From an uncultured delta proteobacterium (lineage in GTDB: Bacteria > Myxococcota_A > Polyangia > Polyangiales > Polyangiaceae), in NCBI GenBank assembly GCA_963782055.1, contig CAWAIF010000003.1, positions 6,912,001-6,976,000 of the forward strand: DNA of 64,000 nt, read 5' to 3'. The translations under genes were made by a program, and so were the position numbers. This document shows positions 51,316 to 61,000 of the stretch, one piece after another; position 1 is the first letter of the stretch; each line of letters starts with the position of its first letter. Below the pieces are notes generated by a model. It was given only the letters and a program-made list of their open reading frames with translations, searched no databases and was not told the origin of the DNA.

Positions 51316-51891
51316 GTGTCCATCGCCGCGCACGATGTCCGCTACCGCCTGCACGAGTACCTGGCGTTCGAGGCCTCGAGCAACGTCAAGCACGAGTATC
51401 TCGCGGGACAAATCTACGCGATGGCGGGCGGCACACCGGAGCACGCTGCGCTCGCGGCCGCCCTGCTCGGCCAGCTCTACGCACAGCTTCGCGGCGGCCG
51501 GTGCCGCGCGTACGACGCCGATCTACGCGTTCGCGTCCGGGCGAGCAATCTCGTCACCTACCCCGACGCGTCGGTCATCTGCGGACCCGTGGAGCGCGAC
51601 GCCGACGACCCGATGGCCGCCCTCAACCCGACCTTGCTCGTCGAGATCCTGAGCGACAGCACCGAGCGATACGACCGCGGCGAGAAGTTCGAGCACTACA
51701 AGAAGCTCGCGGCGCTCGAGCAGTACGTCCTGGTCTCCCATGGTGACCGGCGCGTCGAGGTCTGGACGCGCGACGGCGAGGAGTGGACGCGCGCGATCGC
51801 CGAGGACGGCCAGACCGCCGAGCTCACCTCCATCGGCGCGAAGCTGGACGTCCGCGAGCTCTACGACGCCGCGAGGGAGCCGACGCCGTAG
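51316..51891 (+). CDS. Uma2-family endonuclease
   Basis: KHEY, YAMAGG, YPD, VEILSDSTERYDRGEK. Confidence 0.9.
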   Translation: MSIAAHDVRYRLHEYLAFEASSNVKHEYLAGQIYAMAGGTPEHAALAAALLGQLYAQLRGGRCRAYDADLRVRVRASNLVTYPDASVICGPVERDADDPMAALNPTLLVEILSDSTERYDRGEKFEHYKKLAALEQYVLVSHGDRRVEVWTRDGEEWTRAIAEDGQTAELTSIGAKLDVRELYDAAREPTP

Positions 51892-51959
51892 CTCAGGCGC
51901 CGCCGCGCGCCGCCGCGAGACGATGTCCGGTGATCCATCGGCGGCGATGCTATGGCGGC

Positions 51960-52526
51960 TCACGGCACGGCTCGCTGCGCCGCGGCCCACTCCTCCTCGA
52001 GCCCCATCTCGCGCACCCACCGCTCGACGTAGGCCCGGTCGAGCGCATCGCCGCTCGCCGCCAGGATCCCGGCGACGTCGCGGCGCTGGCGCTCCGAGCC
52101 GCCCGACTGGGCCGACCACTCCAGCTTGGCGACGATGGTGTCCTCGGGCGTCGCGACGAACACCTCGATGCCGAGCAAGGGCATCCGCGTCCGTCTCGCG
52201 AACTCCTCGTGGCTGAACGCGCGGTTCTTCCGGATGATGAAGTCGATCTTCCAGCCGGAGGCCTGATCGATCACGTTGAACATCGACCTGCGGCGGAGCG
52301 CATCGCGCGCCGCGTCGGCATCGACGTAGTACTGTTCGGGCGTCAGCGCGCGGAGGAAGGCTTCGAGGGAGTCCGCACCCGGCGGGTCGATGACGATGTC
52401 GATGTCCTGCGTGGTGCGCGGCAGACCGTGCGCCGTGCTGGCGAACGACCCGGCGATCATGAAGGGGATCGACGTGGCGTCCAGCAGGCCGACAATCCGA
52501 TCGAGGAGCCCCTCGAGCGTCGTCAT
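51960..52526 (-). CDS. Nucleotidyltransferase (DUF6036/MenT-like)
   Basis: IAGSFAS..HG.PRTTQDIDI, TPED.I.AKL, RRDV. Confidence 0.8.
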   Translation of the reverse strand: MTTLEGLLDRIVGLLDATSIPFMIAGSFASTAHGLPRTTQDIDIVIDPPGADSLEAFLRALTPEQYYVDADAARDALRRRSMFNVIDQASGWKIDFIIRKNRAFSHEEFARRTRMPLLGIEVFVATPEDTIVAKLEWSAQSGGSERQRRDVAGILAASGDALDRAYVERWVREMGLEEEWAAAQRAVP

Positions 52527-52768
52527 CGACGGCCGGTGACGCGCGCCGTGAGCTCCGGCCCCCAGATGCGCCGGAGCACCGCGAGGCGCGCCTCCTCCTC
52601 CCCGAGGTCCGGGTGACGGCGGCGCTCCCCCTCGATCGCGATGCGTCTGGCGTCCTCGCTCATCTCCGCCGCCATGCGCACGCGGCCGGCAGGCCCGAGC
52701 CGGCGCGCCGCGGCGATCTGCGCGCGCCGCGCGTCCTCGGAGGTGTCTCCGCCGTCCCGTCCGGTCAT
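52523..52768 (-). CDS. Small putative antitoxin (MenA1/Rv0078B-like)
   Basis: RVRMAAEMSE...RRRHPDL.EEE; ATGA overlap with the NTase. Confidence 0.7.
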   Translation of the reverse strand: MTGRDGGDTSEDARRAQIAAARRLGPAGRVRMAAEMSEDARRIAIEGERRRHPDLGEEEARLAVLRRIWGPELTARVTGRR

Positions 52769-52814
52769 CCGAGCCAGCGTAGCACCACCCGCCGCGCGCC
52801 GCGGCCGGCTCACG

Positions 52815-52930
52815 CGCTTGCGGCGCGAGGGCGCCCAGCGCGACCCACGCGAGCGAGGTCTCGCCGGGCGTGTCGCCCACGACGTCGCACCCGCAGCCGC
52901 CCGAGTTGCCGGCGTCCGGGTTCCCCCCGC
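52815..52930 (-). pseudogene. Orphan MYXO-CTERM remnant
   Basis: DAGNSGGCGCDVVGDTPGETSLAWVALGAL, similar to the tail at 46900-46990. Confidence 0.65.
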
Positions 52931-53134
52931 CCGCACAACGGCGAAGAAGCACCCGCGGTACGCTAGGACGAAGTCCATCGTCTTGCGGACGTTCCGCGCG
53001 GCCTACCCCGGCGCGCCGAAGGACGACGCCGCCGTCCTCCGCCTGGATCCGAACGATCTCCTTCCTGGTCACCCGCCGGAACGGCAAGCTCGCGCGCTGA
53101 AGTCCGGGGCGTGAGCTGCTACACTGAGAGAGAG

Positions 53135-53362
53135 GTGAACGCCGCGGAGAGGAGAGCAGCTCGAGCGAACTGGCGCGGCCACGTCTTCCATTCCTGGGAG
53201 GAAGCCGACGACTTCGACGTCGAGTTCTGGCTCGCGATCCCCGTCGACGAGCGCGCGCACGTGACCTGGGAGCTCAGCCGCGAGGTCTGGGCGCTCGCCC
53301 ACCCCGACGAACCGCATGAACCCCGACTTCCTCGATCTGTTGCGGTCGTTACTCGCCGCTGA
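53135..53362 (+). CDS. Small putative antitoxin
   Basis: DVEFWLAIPVDER...WELS...EPRLPRSV; overlaps the NTase start. Confidence 0.7.
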   Translation: MNAAERRAARANWRGHVFHSWEEADDFDVEFWLAIPVDERAHVTWELSREVWALAHPDEPHEPRLPRSVAVVTRR

Positions 53363-53804
53363 CGCCCGCTTCATGGTGGTCGGGGCGTACGCGGTCGGCG
53401 TGCACGGGCGGCCGCGCGCGACCAAGGACCTCGACGTGTGGGTCGAGGCGAGCGTCGAGAACGCGCCGAAGGTGATCCAGGCGCTCACCGACTTCGGCGC
53501 TCCACTCATGGGGCTGACGCAGAAGGATCTCGAGACACCGGAGGCCGGCCTGCAGATCGGACGCGAGCCGCTGCGAGTCGATGTGCTCACGAAGATCTCC
53601 GGTCCGACGTTCGAGCAAGCTTGGCCCGCGCGAACCCATGCGGATTTCGGCGAAGGCGTACGGTGCCCGGTCATCGGGATCGAGGCGCTGATCGCCAACA
53701 AGCGCGCGGCGGGCAGGCCGCAGGATCTCGCAGACGTCGCAGCGCTCGAGAGGATCCGCGCGAAGACGGTCGGACGAGATGGCGGTGGTCGCGGGTCTCG
53801 GTAG
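53316..53804 (+). CDS. Nucleotidyltransferase (DUF6036-like)
   Basis: VVGAYAVGVHGRPRATKDLD, LIANKRAAGRPQDLAD. Confidence 0.85.
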   Translation: MNPDFLDLLRSLLAADARFMVVGAYAVGVHGRPRATKDLDVWVEASVENAPKVIQALTDFGAPLMGLTQKDLETPEAGLQIGREPLRVDVLTKISGPTFEQAWPARTHADFGEGVRCPVIGIEALIANKRAAGRPQDLADVAALERIRAKTVGRDGGGRGSR

Positions 53805-53914
53805 GGGTGAGCTCCCGTCCGGCTCCACGGCACACCGGGTCCGCAGCGCTCCAGGAGGCTCGAGCAGGCGACCCAGGGCCACCGCCCCGCCCGCAGGCGC
53901 CGGGCGTGATGGCG

Positions 53915-54389
53915 TCAGCGACGCTTCTTCTCGGCCGCGATCGAGGCCAGGCAATCTTCGATGCTCTCGAGCGCGATCCGATCTTTGACTCGGCCTGCGG
54001 CACGCTTGCTGGCGGCGATGCGTTCGAGTCCGAGCACCGGCAAGGGGATGCCGTCCACCACCTCCTCGTGGACGTAGGGGAGCTCGTCGGCGAACCTGCC
54101 GAGCCCGCTCATCGTCGTGACCGCGTCGAAGCGCTCGCCCGGAGCGCCACCGATGCGCGGCGGAGACATTCCAAACGTGCCGGACACCCAGAATCCCGCC
54201 GGCTGCGCGAACGGCGTCGGCAATGCGAGGATCACTCGTGTCTTCGAACCAGAGGTCGATGTGCTCCGTGGATCCCCGCGCCCCCTGGATGAGCGCGGCG
54301 CTCATCCCCACGACCATGAATCGCACGCCGCGCGCGCGAAGCTCGTGGAGCAGCGCCTGCTCAGCGGGTGTGAACGCGGAGTCGGGCAT
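53915..54389 (-). pseudogene. Nucleotidyltransferase, frameshifted near 54195
   Basis: VVGMSAALIQGA...IDLWF in one frame; IAASKRAAGRVKD in another. Confidence 0.75.
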
Positions 54390-54549
54390 GACGAAGGCCG
54401 AGCTCGAGGCGGGCGGACGGCGATCGCTCGAGTTGCTTCAGCGTCCAGTAGATATCGTCCGGATCGCGGCCAGCTTGCGCGGCGATCTCCCTGGCGCGCG
54501 CGCGGAGAGCGTCGTCGTGATCGAGCCACTCCTGGTCGGTCGTGCCCAC
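54361..54549 (-). CDS. Small putative antitoxin
   Basis: 62 aa, LKQLERSPSARL; overlaps the NTase; TACAAT 6 nt before the GTG. Confidence 0.6.
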   Translation of the reverse strand: MGTTDQEWLDHDDALRARAREIAAQAGRDPDDIYWTLKQLERSPSARLELGLRHARLRVHTR

Positions 54550-54651
54550 GCCCGAATTGTAGATCCGCTGGGCGGCGCGCGAAAGGCCCCGGCAACGCCA
54601 AGCCCTTGCGGGCGCGCGTACGACGCGGCGTGAGGGGGCGAGCACGCGACG

Positions 54652-56304
54652 CTACGACGCGAGGAAGCGGTTTCGCGCCGGGTCGTTGTAGCGCGCCCAG
54701 TCGATCGCGAAGGGGGTGACGCGGCTCGCGCCGTCCTGCCAGCGGATGGTGAGGCCCATCGGGGTCACCTCCCGGTAGTTGCTGGTCTCCGGCAGATCCT
54801 GGCTCGTCGCGCCGCCCGCGGAGAAGAGGGTGTAGAGGCTCCCGTCGTAGGTGGTGCGGAAGCCCTCGACGATGCGCTCGTGCCCCCGCACCATCACCGA
54901 GGCGCCGACGCGCGCGAGGAAGGCGCGGAACTGCGCGGAGCCGTAGCCGAAGCGGGCGGCGGCCTTCTGCAGCTCGTCGGGGACCACCTCGGTGTCGCTC
55001 GGATCGCTCCACATCATCTGGAAGCGCAGGTCGGGATCGTTGAGGGAGGAGAGGTCCTGCCACTTCTCCGCGAGCGCCGCCGCGCGGGGGATGCCCGCGT
55101 GCACGAAGAAGAAGCGATCGAAGGCGAGCGACGTCGGGAGCGCCTCGAACATGCGCATGTACTCGGCGAAGAAGGCGTCGCTCGCCACGTCCTTCAGACC
55201 CGCCATCCCCTCCGCGGGGCGCACCGGCGCCAGGATGCGCCCCTGGTGCTCGAGGTAGTACTCGTGGTTGCCGCGCAGGAAGTACACCGCGTCCGGCACC
55301 GTGACGAACAGGCGCATCGCCGTCCGCAGCACGCCGTCGAAGCTGAACCGGCCGCGATCGATGTAGTCGCCGAGCAGGACGAGGCGCGTGTCCGGGGTGT
55401 GCTCCGGATCGTCCGCGTGCGCCTGCACCTTGGCGAGGAAGTCGGTCTGCATCAGCGCGGCCTTGAGGCACGAGTAGCAGCCGTGCAGATCCCCGAGGAC
55501 GATCAGCTCGTACTGCGCGCGCGGGTCGGGAGGCAGCACGTGGACGTGCCCGTCGAGGAAGCCCGGCTGACCGGCGAAGTCGGCGAAGCTCGCGGCGCCC
55601 GCGAGCTTGCCGGCGCCCGGCGCGCGCAGCCGCTCCAGCGTGCTCGTCACCTGCCGCACCAGCGCGAGATCCTGCGCGGCGGCCTTCGCGAAGCCGGCGG
55701 CGTCCCGCGGGAACGGGCGCTCCTCGCGGGTGAAGAAGGGGTGGTCGTCGACGCGCGGGACGAGCACCTCCGGCCCGTCGATCGTGATCTGACCCTCGAC
55801 CGCCTCCGGCTCCTCGAGGATCTCGATCTCCACCGGCTCCGCGAGCAGCCGCTGGAGGTCCTCGCGCAGCCGCTGCTCCTGCGGGTGGACGACCTCGTCC
55901 GCGGCGATGAGCTCGTCGACGATCTCCAGCAGGTGCGCCTGCGCGTCCTGGTCGAACGGGCGGAGCAGCTCGTAGCAGCGGAGCGCCACCCTCGCGTAGA
56001 CGAACTGCTCGGTGCTCTCCCCCTCGGCGACCGACTCGGTGAAGAGGGCGGCGATCTCGCGGTCGATGGTCGCCGCCACGCGCTGGAACTGGGCGGTCGC
56101 GCGCGCGGTCGCCACCTGCCGCGCGAGCGGATCGGGCACCGCCTCGACCATGCGGTCCTCGACCAGCTTCGCGATCTTCTCCTGCACGAAGCGCTTCTCG
56201 GAGAGCGCGAACTTGCCGTCCATGTGGCCGAAGGCGGTCAGCAGGTAGACGATCGCCAGCATCTGCTGCTTCGCCACCGCCGGGTCGGAGCTGAACATCG
56301 TCAT
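54652..56304 (-). CDS. TerB-like domain + PPP-type metallophosphoesterase
   Basis: MDGKFALSE and AADEVVHPQE (TerB-like); GDLHG, GDYIDRG, RGNHE, HAG, RGHE. Confidence 0.85.
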   Translation of the reverse strand: MTMFSSDPAVAKQQMLAIVYLLTAFGHMDGKFALSEKRFVQEKIAKLVEDRMVEAVPDPLARQVATARATAQFQRVAATIDREIAALFTESVAEGESTEQFVYARVALRCYELLRPFDQDAQAHLLEIVDELIAADEVVHPQEQRLREDLQRLLAEPVEIEILEEPEAVEGQITIDGPEVLVPRVDDHPFFTREERPFPRDAAGFAKAAAQDLALVRQVTSTLERLRAPGAGKLAGAASFADFAGQPGFLDGHVHVLPPDPRAQYELIVLGDLHGCYSCLKAALMQTDFLAKVQAHADDPEHTPDTRLVLLGDYIDRGRFSFDGVLRTAMRLFVTVPDAVYFLRGNHEYYLEHQGRILAPVRPAEGMAGLKDVASDAFFAEYMRMFEALPTSLAFDRFFFVHAGIPRAAALAEKWQDLSSLNDPDLRFQMMWSDPSDTEVVPDELQKAAARFGYGSAQFRAFLARVGASVMVRGHERIVEGFRTTYDGSLYTLFSAGGATSQDLPETSNYREVTPMGLTIRWQDGASRVTPFAIDWARYNDPARNRFLAS

Positions 56305-56415
56305 GCGAGCGCCCTCGACGGTATCAGCCGTGCGGATCCGCGCGCAACGAGGCCGCCGACGCCGCGGGGGCCGGGCCCCGTCTGGCGCGGCCGGGGTGCT
56401 ACACTCCGCAACGTC

Positions 56416-57204
56416 ATGGGGTGGACACGCGCAGGGCGAGACGAGGTGGTGCGCGGCCGGTCCGGCGGCGTGGTGCCGTGGCTGCTCCTCGCTGTCCTCG
56501 TCGTCGGCGCGCTCGCCTGTCATCAGGGCTCGGAAGATCCCTTGATGCAGGCGGCGGAGGCGGACGACCGCGCGGCAGCCCAGCGCTTGCTGGCAGCCGG
56601 AGAGGACGTCAACACCGACTTCGCCGGCCGCGATCACGACGACAAGGGAGGCTGGTGGTACGACGGCTCCACGCCCCTGATGGAGGCGGCGTGCAAGGGC
56701 CACGACAAGATGGTCGATCTGCTCATCACCAAGGGCGCGCGGGTGGATCAGACGGCGACCGTCAATCTGCGGACCATTCAATGGGGGAAGCCGCTCCACC
56801 AGCTGCGGAAGGGCTGGACCCCGCTCCTCTGCGCCGCGGCCCGCGGACAGTACTACGCGGTCAAGGCGCTGATCGACCATCACGCCGGCGTGAACGTCCA
56901 GGCTGACGATGGGTTCACCCCCCTCCATTACGCGGTCGCGGTCGACAAGACGGGCATCGTCAAGGCGCTGCTCGCGGCCAAGGCGAACGTCGACGCCGCC
57001 GACAAGACGGGGCAGACCCCGCTGCACCTCGCCGCAAAGCGCGGATACGTGGATGTCGTGCCGCTCCTCGCCGCCGCGAACGCGAACGTCAACGCGCGCA
57101 ACGGGAAGGGCCAGACGCCGCTGGACGTCGCGAGCAGCGAGGACATGCGCGACGCCCTCCGCAAGGTGGGCGGGAAGCGCGCCGACGACCCGCCCGCGCC
57201 GTAG
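56416..57204 (+). CDS. Secreted ankyrin-repeat protein
   Basis: Repeated G.TPLH.AA; hydrophobic signal ending ALAC; start uncertain. Confidence 0.85.
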   Translation: MGWTRAGRDEVVRGRSGGVVPWLLLAVLVVGALACHQGSEDPLMQAAEADDRAAAQRLLAAGEDVNTDFAGRDHDDKGGWWYDGSTPLMEAACKGHDKMVDLLITKGARVDQTATVNLRTIQWGKPLHQLRKGWTPLLCAAARGQYYAVKALIDHHAGVNVQADDGFTPLHYAVAVDKTGIVKALLAAKANVDAADKTGQTPLHLAAKRGYVDVVPLLAAANANVNARNGKGQTPLDVASSEDMRDALRKVGGKRADDPPAP

Positions 57205-57303
57205 AAGCGAGGGCCATTGGAATGCGTGGTGGCGTCGACCTCGCGCGTCTACTGGACCGATCGCGGCCAATCCACGGCGTTGCCGTGATACCGTTCATGC
57301 ATG

Positions 57304-58819
57304 GTGTCTGCTTAGCGGTGTCGCACACTGTGGGTCCATTCTTCGTTCCTGATGCGAGAAGTTCTTTCCATGGGACCTGATCGGGAGCATCCCGGATCAC
57401 GTGACGCCCGAGCAGCGGATCCAGGAGCTGGAGCAGGAGAACGCCGCGCTTCGCGAAGAGCTGGCGAAGCTGCGCAAGGAGATCGAGGAGTGGAAGCGCG
57501 GGTTCCGGGAGCGCGGGAAGCGGCGGACGTCGCGTTCCGAGGGTCGGCGGGCGGCCTCGGGCAAGCCACGCGGCCGCAAGGCGGGGCATGTCGGATCGCG
57601 GCCCGCCGCACCGGCCCACGTCGACGACGAAGTCGTGCACGAGATGCCGGCGACGTGCAGCTGTGGCGGGGCAGTCGTGGCGACGGGCGAGACGGACAGC
57701 ACAGTCGTCACCGACATCCCAGTGGTGCAGCCGCGGCAGACGCATCACGTGGCGCACGTCGGCAGCTGCGAGGTGTGCCACAAGCGCGTGGTCGCGAAGC
57801 TGCCGGGCGCGCCGGCCGCGGGCAAGAGCGTCGCCGCGGTGTCGTTCGGCCCCAACGTGCAGGCGATGGCGCTGGACCTGCGCTTCGAGCGCGACATGCC
57901 GCTGGGCAAGATCAGTGCGTTCCTCGGACAGTGGCTCGGCATCTCGATCACGACCGGCGGCCTGGCGCAGATGTTCGACCGATTGCGACGCCGCTCGGCG
58001 CCGAGCTACGACGAGCTGGTCGACGCGGTGCGCGCATCGCCCGTGGCGGGCCTCGACGAGAGCGGCCATCGACAGGACGGCGTGCCGGGTTGGATGTGGC
58101 TGATGCGCACCGACCGCGTCTCGGTCTTCCGCGCCGAGCTGTCGCGCGGCGCGTGGGTCGCCGAGTCGATGCTCGGCGCGAGCTTCAAAGGAGTCCTGTG
58201 CACCGACTTCTACGGCGTGTACACGAGTCACGACGGCTGGACCCACGCCTACTGCGGTGCGCACACCATCCGCGAGGCCAAGAAGATCGCCGAGCTCACC
58301 CCGTGCGCCGCGACCGAGGAGTTCCGCGACCGACTCATCGGCTTCTACGTCGCGGGCAAGCACGCCGCGGCGAGCGGCGATCCCGAGCAGCGCCGAGGCG
58401 CGCGCATCCGCCTCGGCCATCTCATCAGCAGCACCAACTTCGTGGAGTTCCCGGACATCGTCCGGCTGCAGGAGCGCCTCGACGAGCACAAGGTGGGGGT
58501 GACGCTCTTCATCGACCGCCCCGACGTCCCGGCCACGAACAACGCGACCGAACGCGACATCCGCGCCCACGGGCGGCACCGCGCGATGACCGGCGGAACG
58601 CGCTCGGCCGCCGGCAGCGCCACCCTGGCGCACTGGATGAGCATCACGCAGACGCGGCGCAAGTGCCAGCTCCCGCTTCGGGGCTTCGTCATCGGGCTGT
58701 ACGAAAGTCACCTCCACGGCAAGCCGCCTCCGTCTGTCTTTGCCCACTAGCCGGCGAGTCCTCCGACGGTCGACGTCACGCCCGGGCCGCGGGCCGTCTT
58801 CCGGCCGCTAAGCAGAGAC
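57304..58819 (+). mobile_element. IS66-family element, single-ORF type
   Basis: Inverted ends GTGTCTGCTTAGCGG / CCGCTAAGCAGAGAC (14/15 match); no TSD found. Confidence 0.75.
57401..58750 (+). CDS. IS66 transposase
   Basis: Coiled-coil N-terminus, GRKAGH, CxC/CxxC, LDES, TD.Y..Y, C.AH..R, TNNATERDIR. Confidence 0.92.
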   Translation: MTPEQRIQELEQENAALREELAKLRKEIEEWKRGFRERGKRRTSRSEGRRAASGKPRGRKAGHVGSRPAAPAHVDDEVVHEMPATCSCGGAVVATGETDSTVVTDIPVVQPRQTHHVAHVGSCEVCHKRVVAKLPGAPAAGKSVAAVSFGPNVQAMALDLRFERDMPLGKISAFLGQWLGISITTGGLAQMFDRLRRRSAPSYDELVDAVRASPVAGLDESGHRQDGVPGWMWLMRTDRVSVFRAELSRGAWVAESMLGASFKGVLCTDFYGVYTSHDGWTHAYCGAHTIREAKKIAELTPCAATEEFRDRLIGFYVAGKHAAASGDPEQRRGARIRLGHLISSTNFVEFPDIVRLQERLDEHKVGVTLFIDRPDVPATNNATERDIRAHGRHRAMTGGTRSAAGSATLAHWMSITQTRRKCQLPLRGFVIGLYESHLHGKPPPSVFAH

Positions 58820-59190
58820 TCAGCGAGAACTCCCCGTTTGCCTGCATGCTGCGCACCGGCGGAGGCGTCGCGTGCTGGGGCTACAACGCCAACGGCGAGC
58901 TGGGCGACGGCACCTTCGATCAGTCGGACGTGCCCGTCGCCGTCTCCGGCCTCGCCGACGCGATCGCCATCGCGGAGGGACAGTACCGCACCTGCGCGGT
59001 GCGCTCGGGCGGCGGCGTCGTGTGCTGGGGGAACAACGCGCCGCTGCCGGTCGCGCTGCCCGGAGTGACCAGCGCGGTCGGCGTCGCGCTGGGCGATGGC
59101 TTCGGCTGCGTGGTCAACCAGGACGGCACCGTCCTGTGCTGGGGGGACGACACACTGGGGGAACTGGGAGACCGCGGGAGCGCCGCGTGA
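58820..59190 (+). pseudogene. RCC1-repeat protein fragment
   Basis: CWGYNANGELGDG and CWGDDTLGELGD; 5' end lost at the IS66 boundary. Confidence 0.75.
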
Positions 59191-59407
59191 AGGCGACGTA
59201 GATCGCCGCGAGCGTCCCTACCAGGCGGCGCCGGCTCCGGTATCCGGGTTCGATTGATCTGACGGTGGCGCGGGGGACGCCGGCGGCGACGGCGGGTGAA
59301 CGCCCCCTGGAGGTGGCCAGGTCGCAGGCATCCACGTGCACCTGGGCGACCCTGGCGCCTGCTCCTGCCCGGCAGCCCGAGAGCTCTGGACATGCTACCG
59401 TTTGCGC

Positions 59408-59563
59408 ATGGAGAACCTGCACGGACGCCCGAGCAAGAGCGCCGATGCGGCGAGGCGTCGTGAGCGCGAGCGCATCGCGGCGATGACGCCCATGCAGCGG
59501 GCTCTGCGCGCGCTCGAGCTCGGCGAGCGGCGCAGGTACCTCCTCTCTCTCGTTCGAAGATGA
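59408..59563 (+). CDS. Small putative antitoxin
   Basis: RIAAMTPMQRALRALELG; ATGA overlap with the NTase. Confidence 0.65.
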   Translation: MENLHGRPSKSADAARRRERERIAAMTPMQRALRALELGERRRYLLSLVRR

Positions 59564-60120
59564 CGACGCGCGCGGAGCGCACGATGCAGGTCGCCGCCGA
59601 CGTCGCGGGGGTGCTCGCGAAGCACGGCGTTGCGTGTGCGGTGATCGGCGCCATCGCCGTGGCCGTCCACGGTTACGTTCGCGACACCGAGGACTTCGAC
59701 CTCGCGACCGCCACCGATCCCTTTCGCGTCCTGCCTGCCGTGGAGCGCGAGCTCGCGGCGCGTTACGCGGTCGAGCTCGTGACGCCCGACGCCGAGGACC
59801 CCCTCGGCGGATGCCTGAACGTGACAGGCGACGACTTCGATCCGCTCCAGATCGTGAACTTCGACAACCCACTTCGCCCGGGCGCGGGAGCCCCCGGCCG
59901 CGCAGCCGTCGAGACCGCGACTCCAAACCTGCTCGGTCCGCTGGCCGTGGTCGACCTGCCCCATCTCATCGCGCTCAAGCTCTACGCAGGTGGTCGCAAG
60001 AGCGAGATGGACGTCCTCGAGCTCGTCGATCGCAATCCGACGCTCGATCGCGTCGAGCTCGCGCGGCTTTGCGGTGCGCTCGGCCTCGAAGCGGAGCTCC
60101 GTCGCGTGCTCGGAGCATGA
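59560..60120 (+). CDS. Nucleotidyltransferase
   Basis: VIGAIAVAVHGYVRDTEDFD, LIALKLYAG...D. Confidence 0.8.
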   Translation: MTTRAERTMQVAADVAGVLAKHGVACAVIGAIAVAVHGYVRDTEDFDLATATDPFRVLPAVERELAARYAVELVTPDAEDPLGGCLNVTGDDFDPLQIVNFDNPLRPGAGAPGRAAVETATPNLLGPLAVVDLPHLIALKLYAGGRKSEMDVLELVDRNPTLDRVELARLCGALGLEAELRRVLGA

Positions 60121-60194
60121 CCGACGCGGCGCAGTAGTCCTCAGAACCGCAGCGACAGCGCCGCGTCGCGCGGGCGGTGATGCGGGGCTCAGGC

Positions 60195-60346
60195 ACCGGG
60201 ACCGGCGCGTCGAGGTCTGGACGCGCGACGGGGTGGAGTGGACGCGAGCGATCACCGAGGACGGGCAGACCGCCGAGCTCACCTCCATCCGCGCGAAGGT
60301 GGACGTCCGCGAGCTGTACGACGCCGCGGCGGAGCCGGGGCAGTAG
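60195..60346 (+). pseudogene. Uma2 3' remnant, close copy of 51745-51890
   Basis: DRRVEVWTRDG.EWTRAI.EDGQTAELTSI.AK.DVRELYDAA. Confidence 0.8.
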
Positions 60347-60403
60347 CGTAGCGCGCGCGGAAGGCCGGCCGCGACGAGCCCTGCCCGGCGTTCGCCGGAA
60401 GGC

Positions 60404-61000
60404 TCACTCCCCTTCGCGTGGCGGCAGCGACTGCCACAGCAGCGCGAGATCGAGCTCCACGGCGTCGAAGGGCTCCGCGCGCACGCGCACGTCGCCGTGC
60501 CAGGTCTTGATCATGCGCCACGTATCTCCGTCCAGCCGGAAGACCTCCAGCGTGCGCACGAGCGGGTCGACCAGCCACGCGTGCGCCACCTTCTCGCGAG
60601 CGTAGATGGTCATCTTCTCGTCGCGGTCGACGGCCTCGGTCGACGGCGAGAGGATCTCCGCCACCCAGTCGGGGGCGAGCGTGGTGAAGGCCTGTGCCGG
60701 CACGACCGCCATCCGTGTGCGTCTCCAGCCGGCGAGATCGGGTACGACGACGTCCGGCTCCTTCGCGTCCCCCAGGTGAAGCTCCGGCTCGTCCAGGATG
60801 ATCCAGCCGCCCGGGCCTCCGCGGCCGTGATGGAACGGACCACGGAGCTCTCCGCCCATGCCCGACGCGACCTCCGCGTGTGGCAGCGCCGGGCGCGGGT
60901 GAGCGTGCAGGACGCCGAAGAGGATCTCCCCGACGTAGTGGCTCGGGAGCGCCTCGATGTCTGCGTAGGTCGCGCGGCGGGCAGGAGAGCGGGCTGCCAT
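60404..61000 (-). CDS. Uma2-family endonuclease
   Basis: ATYADI, EPELHLG, PDLAGWR, PDWVAEILSPST, WLVDP. Confidence 0.9.
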   Translation of the reverse strand: MAARSPARRATYADIEALPSHYVGEILFGVLHAHPRPALPHAEVASGMGGELRGPFHHGRGGPGGWIILDEPELHLGDAKEPDVVVPDLAGWRRTRMAVVPAQAFTTLAPDWVAEILSPSTEAVDRDEKMTIYAREKVAHAWLVDPLVRTLEVFRLDGDTWRMIKTWHGDVRVRAEPFDAVELDLALLWQSLPPREGE

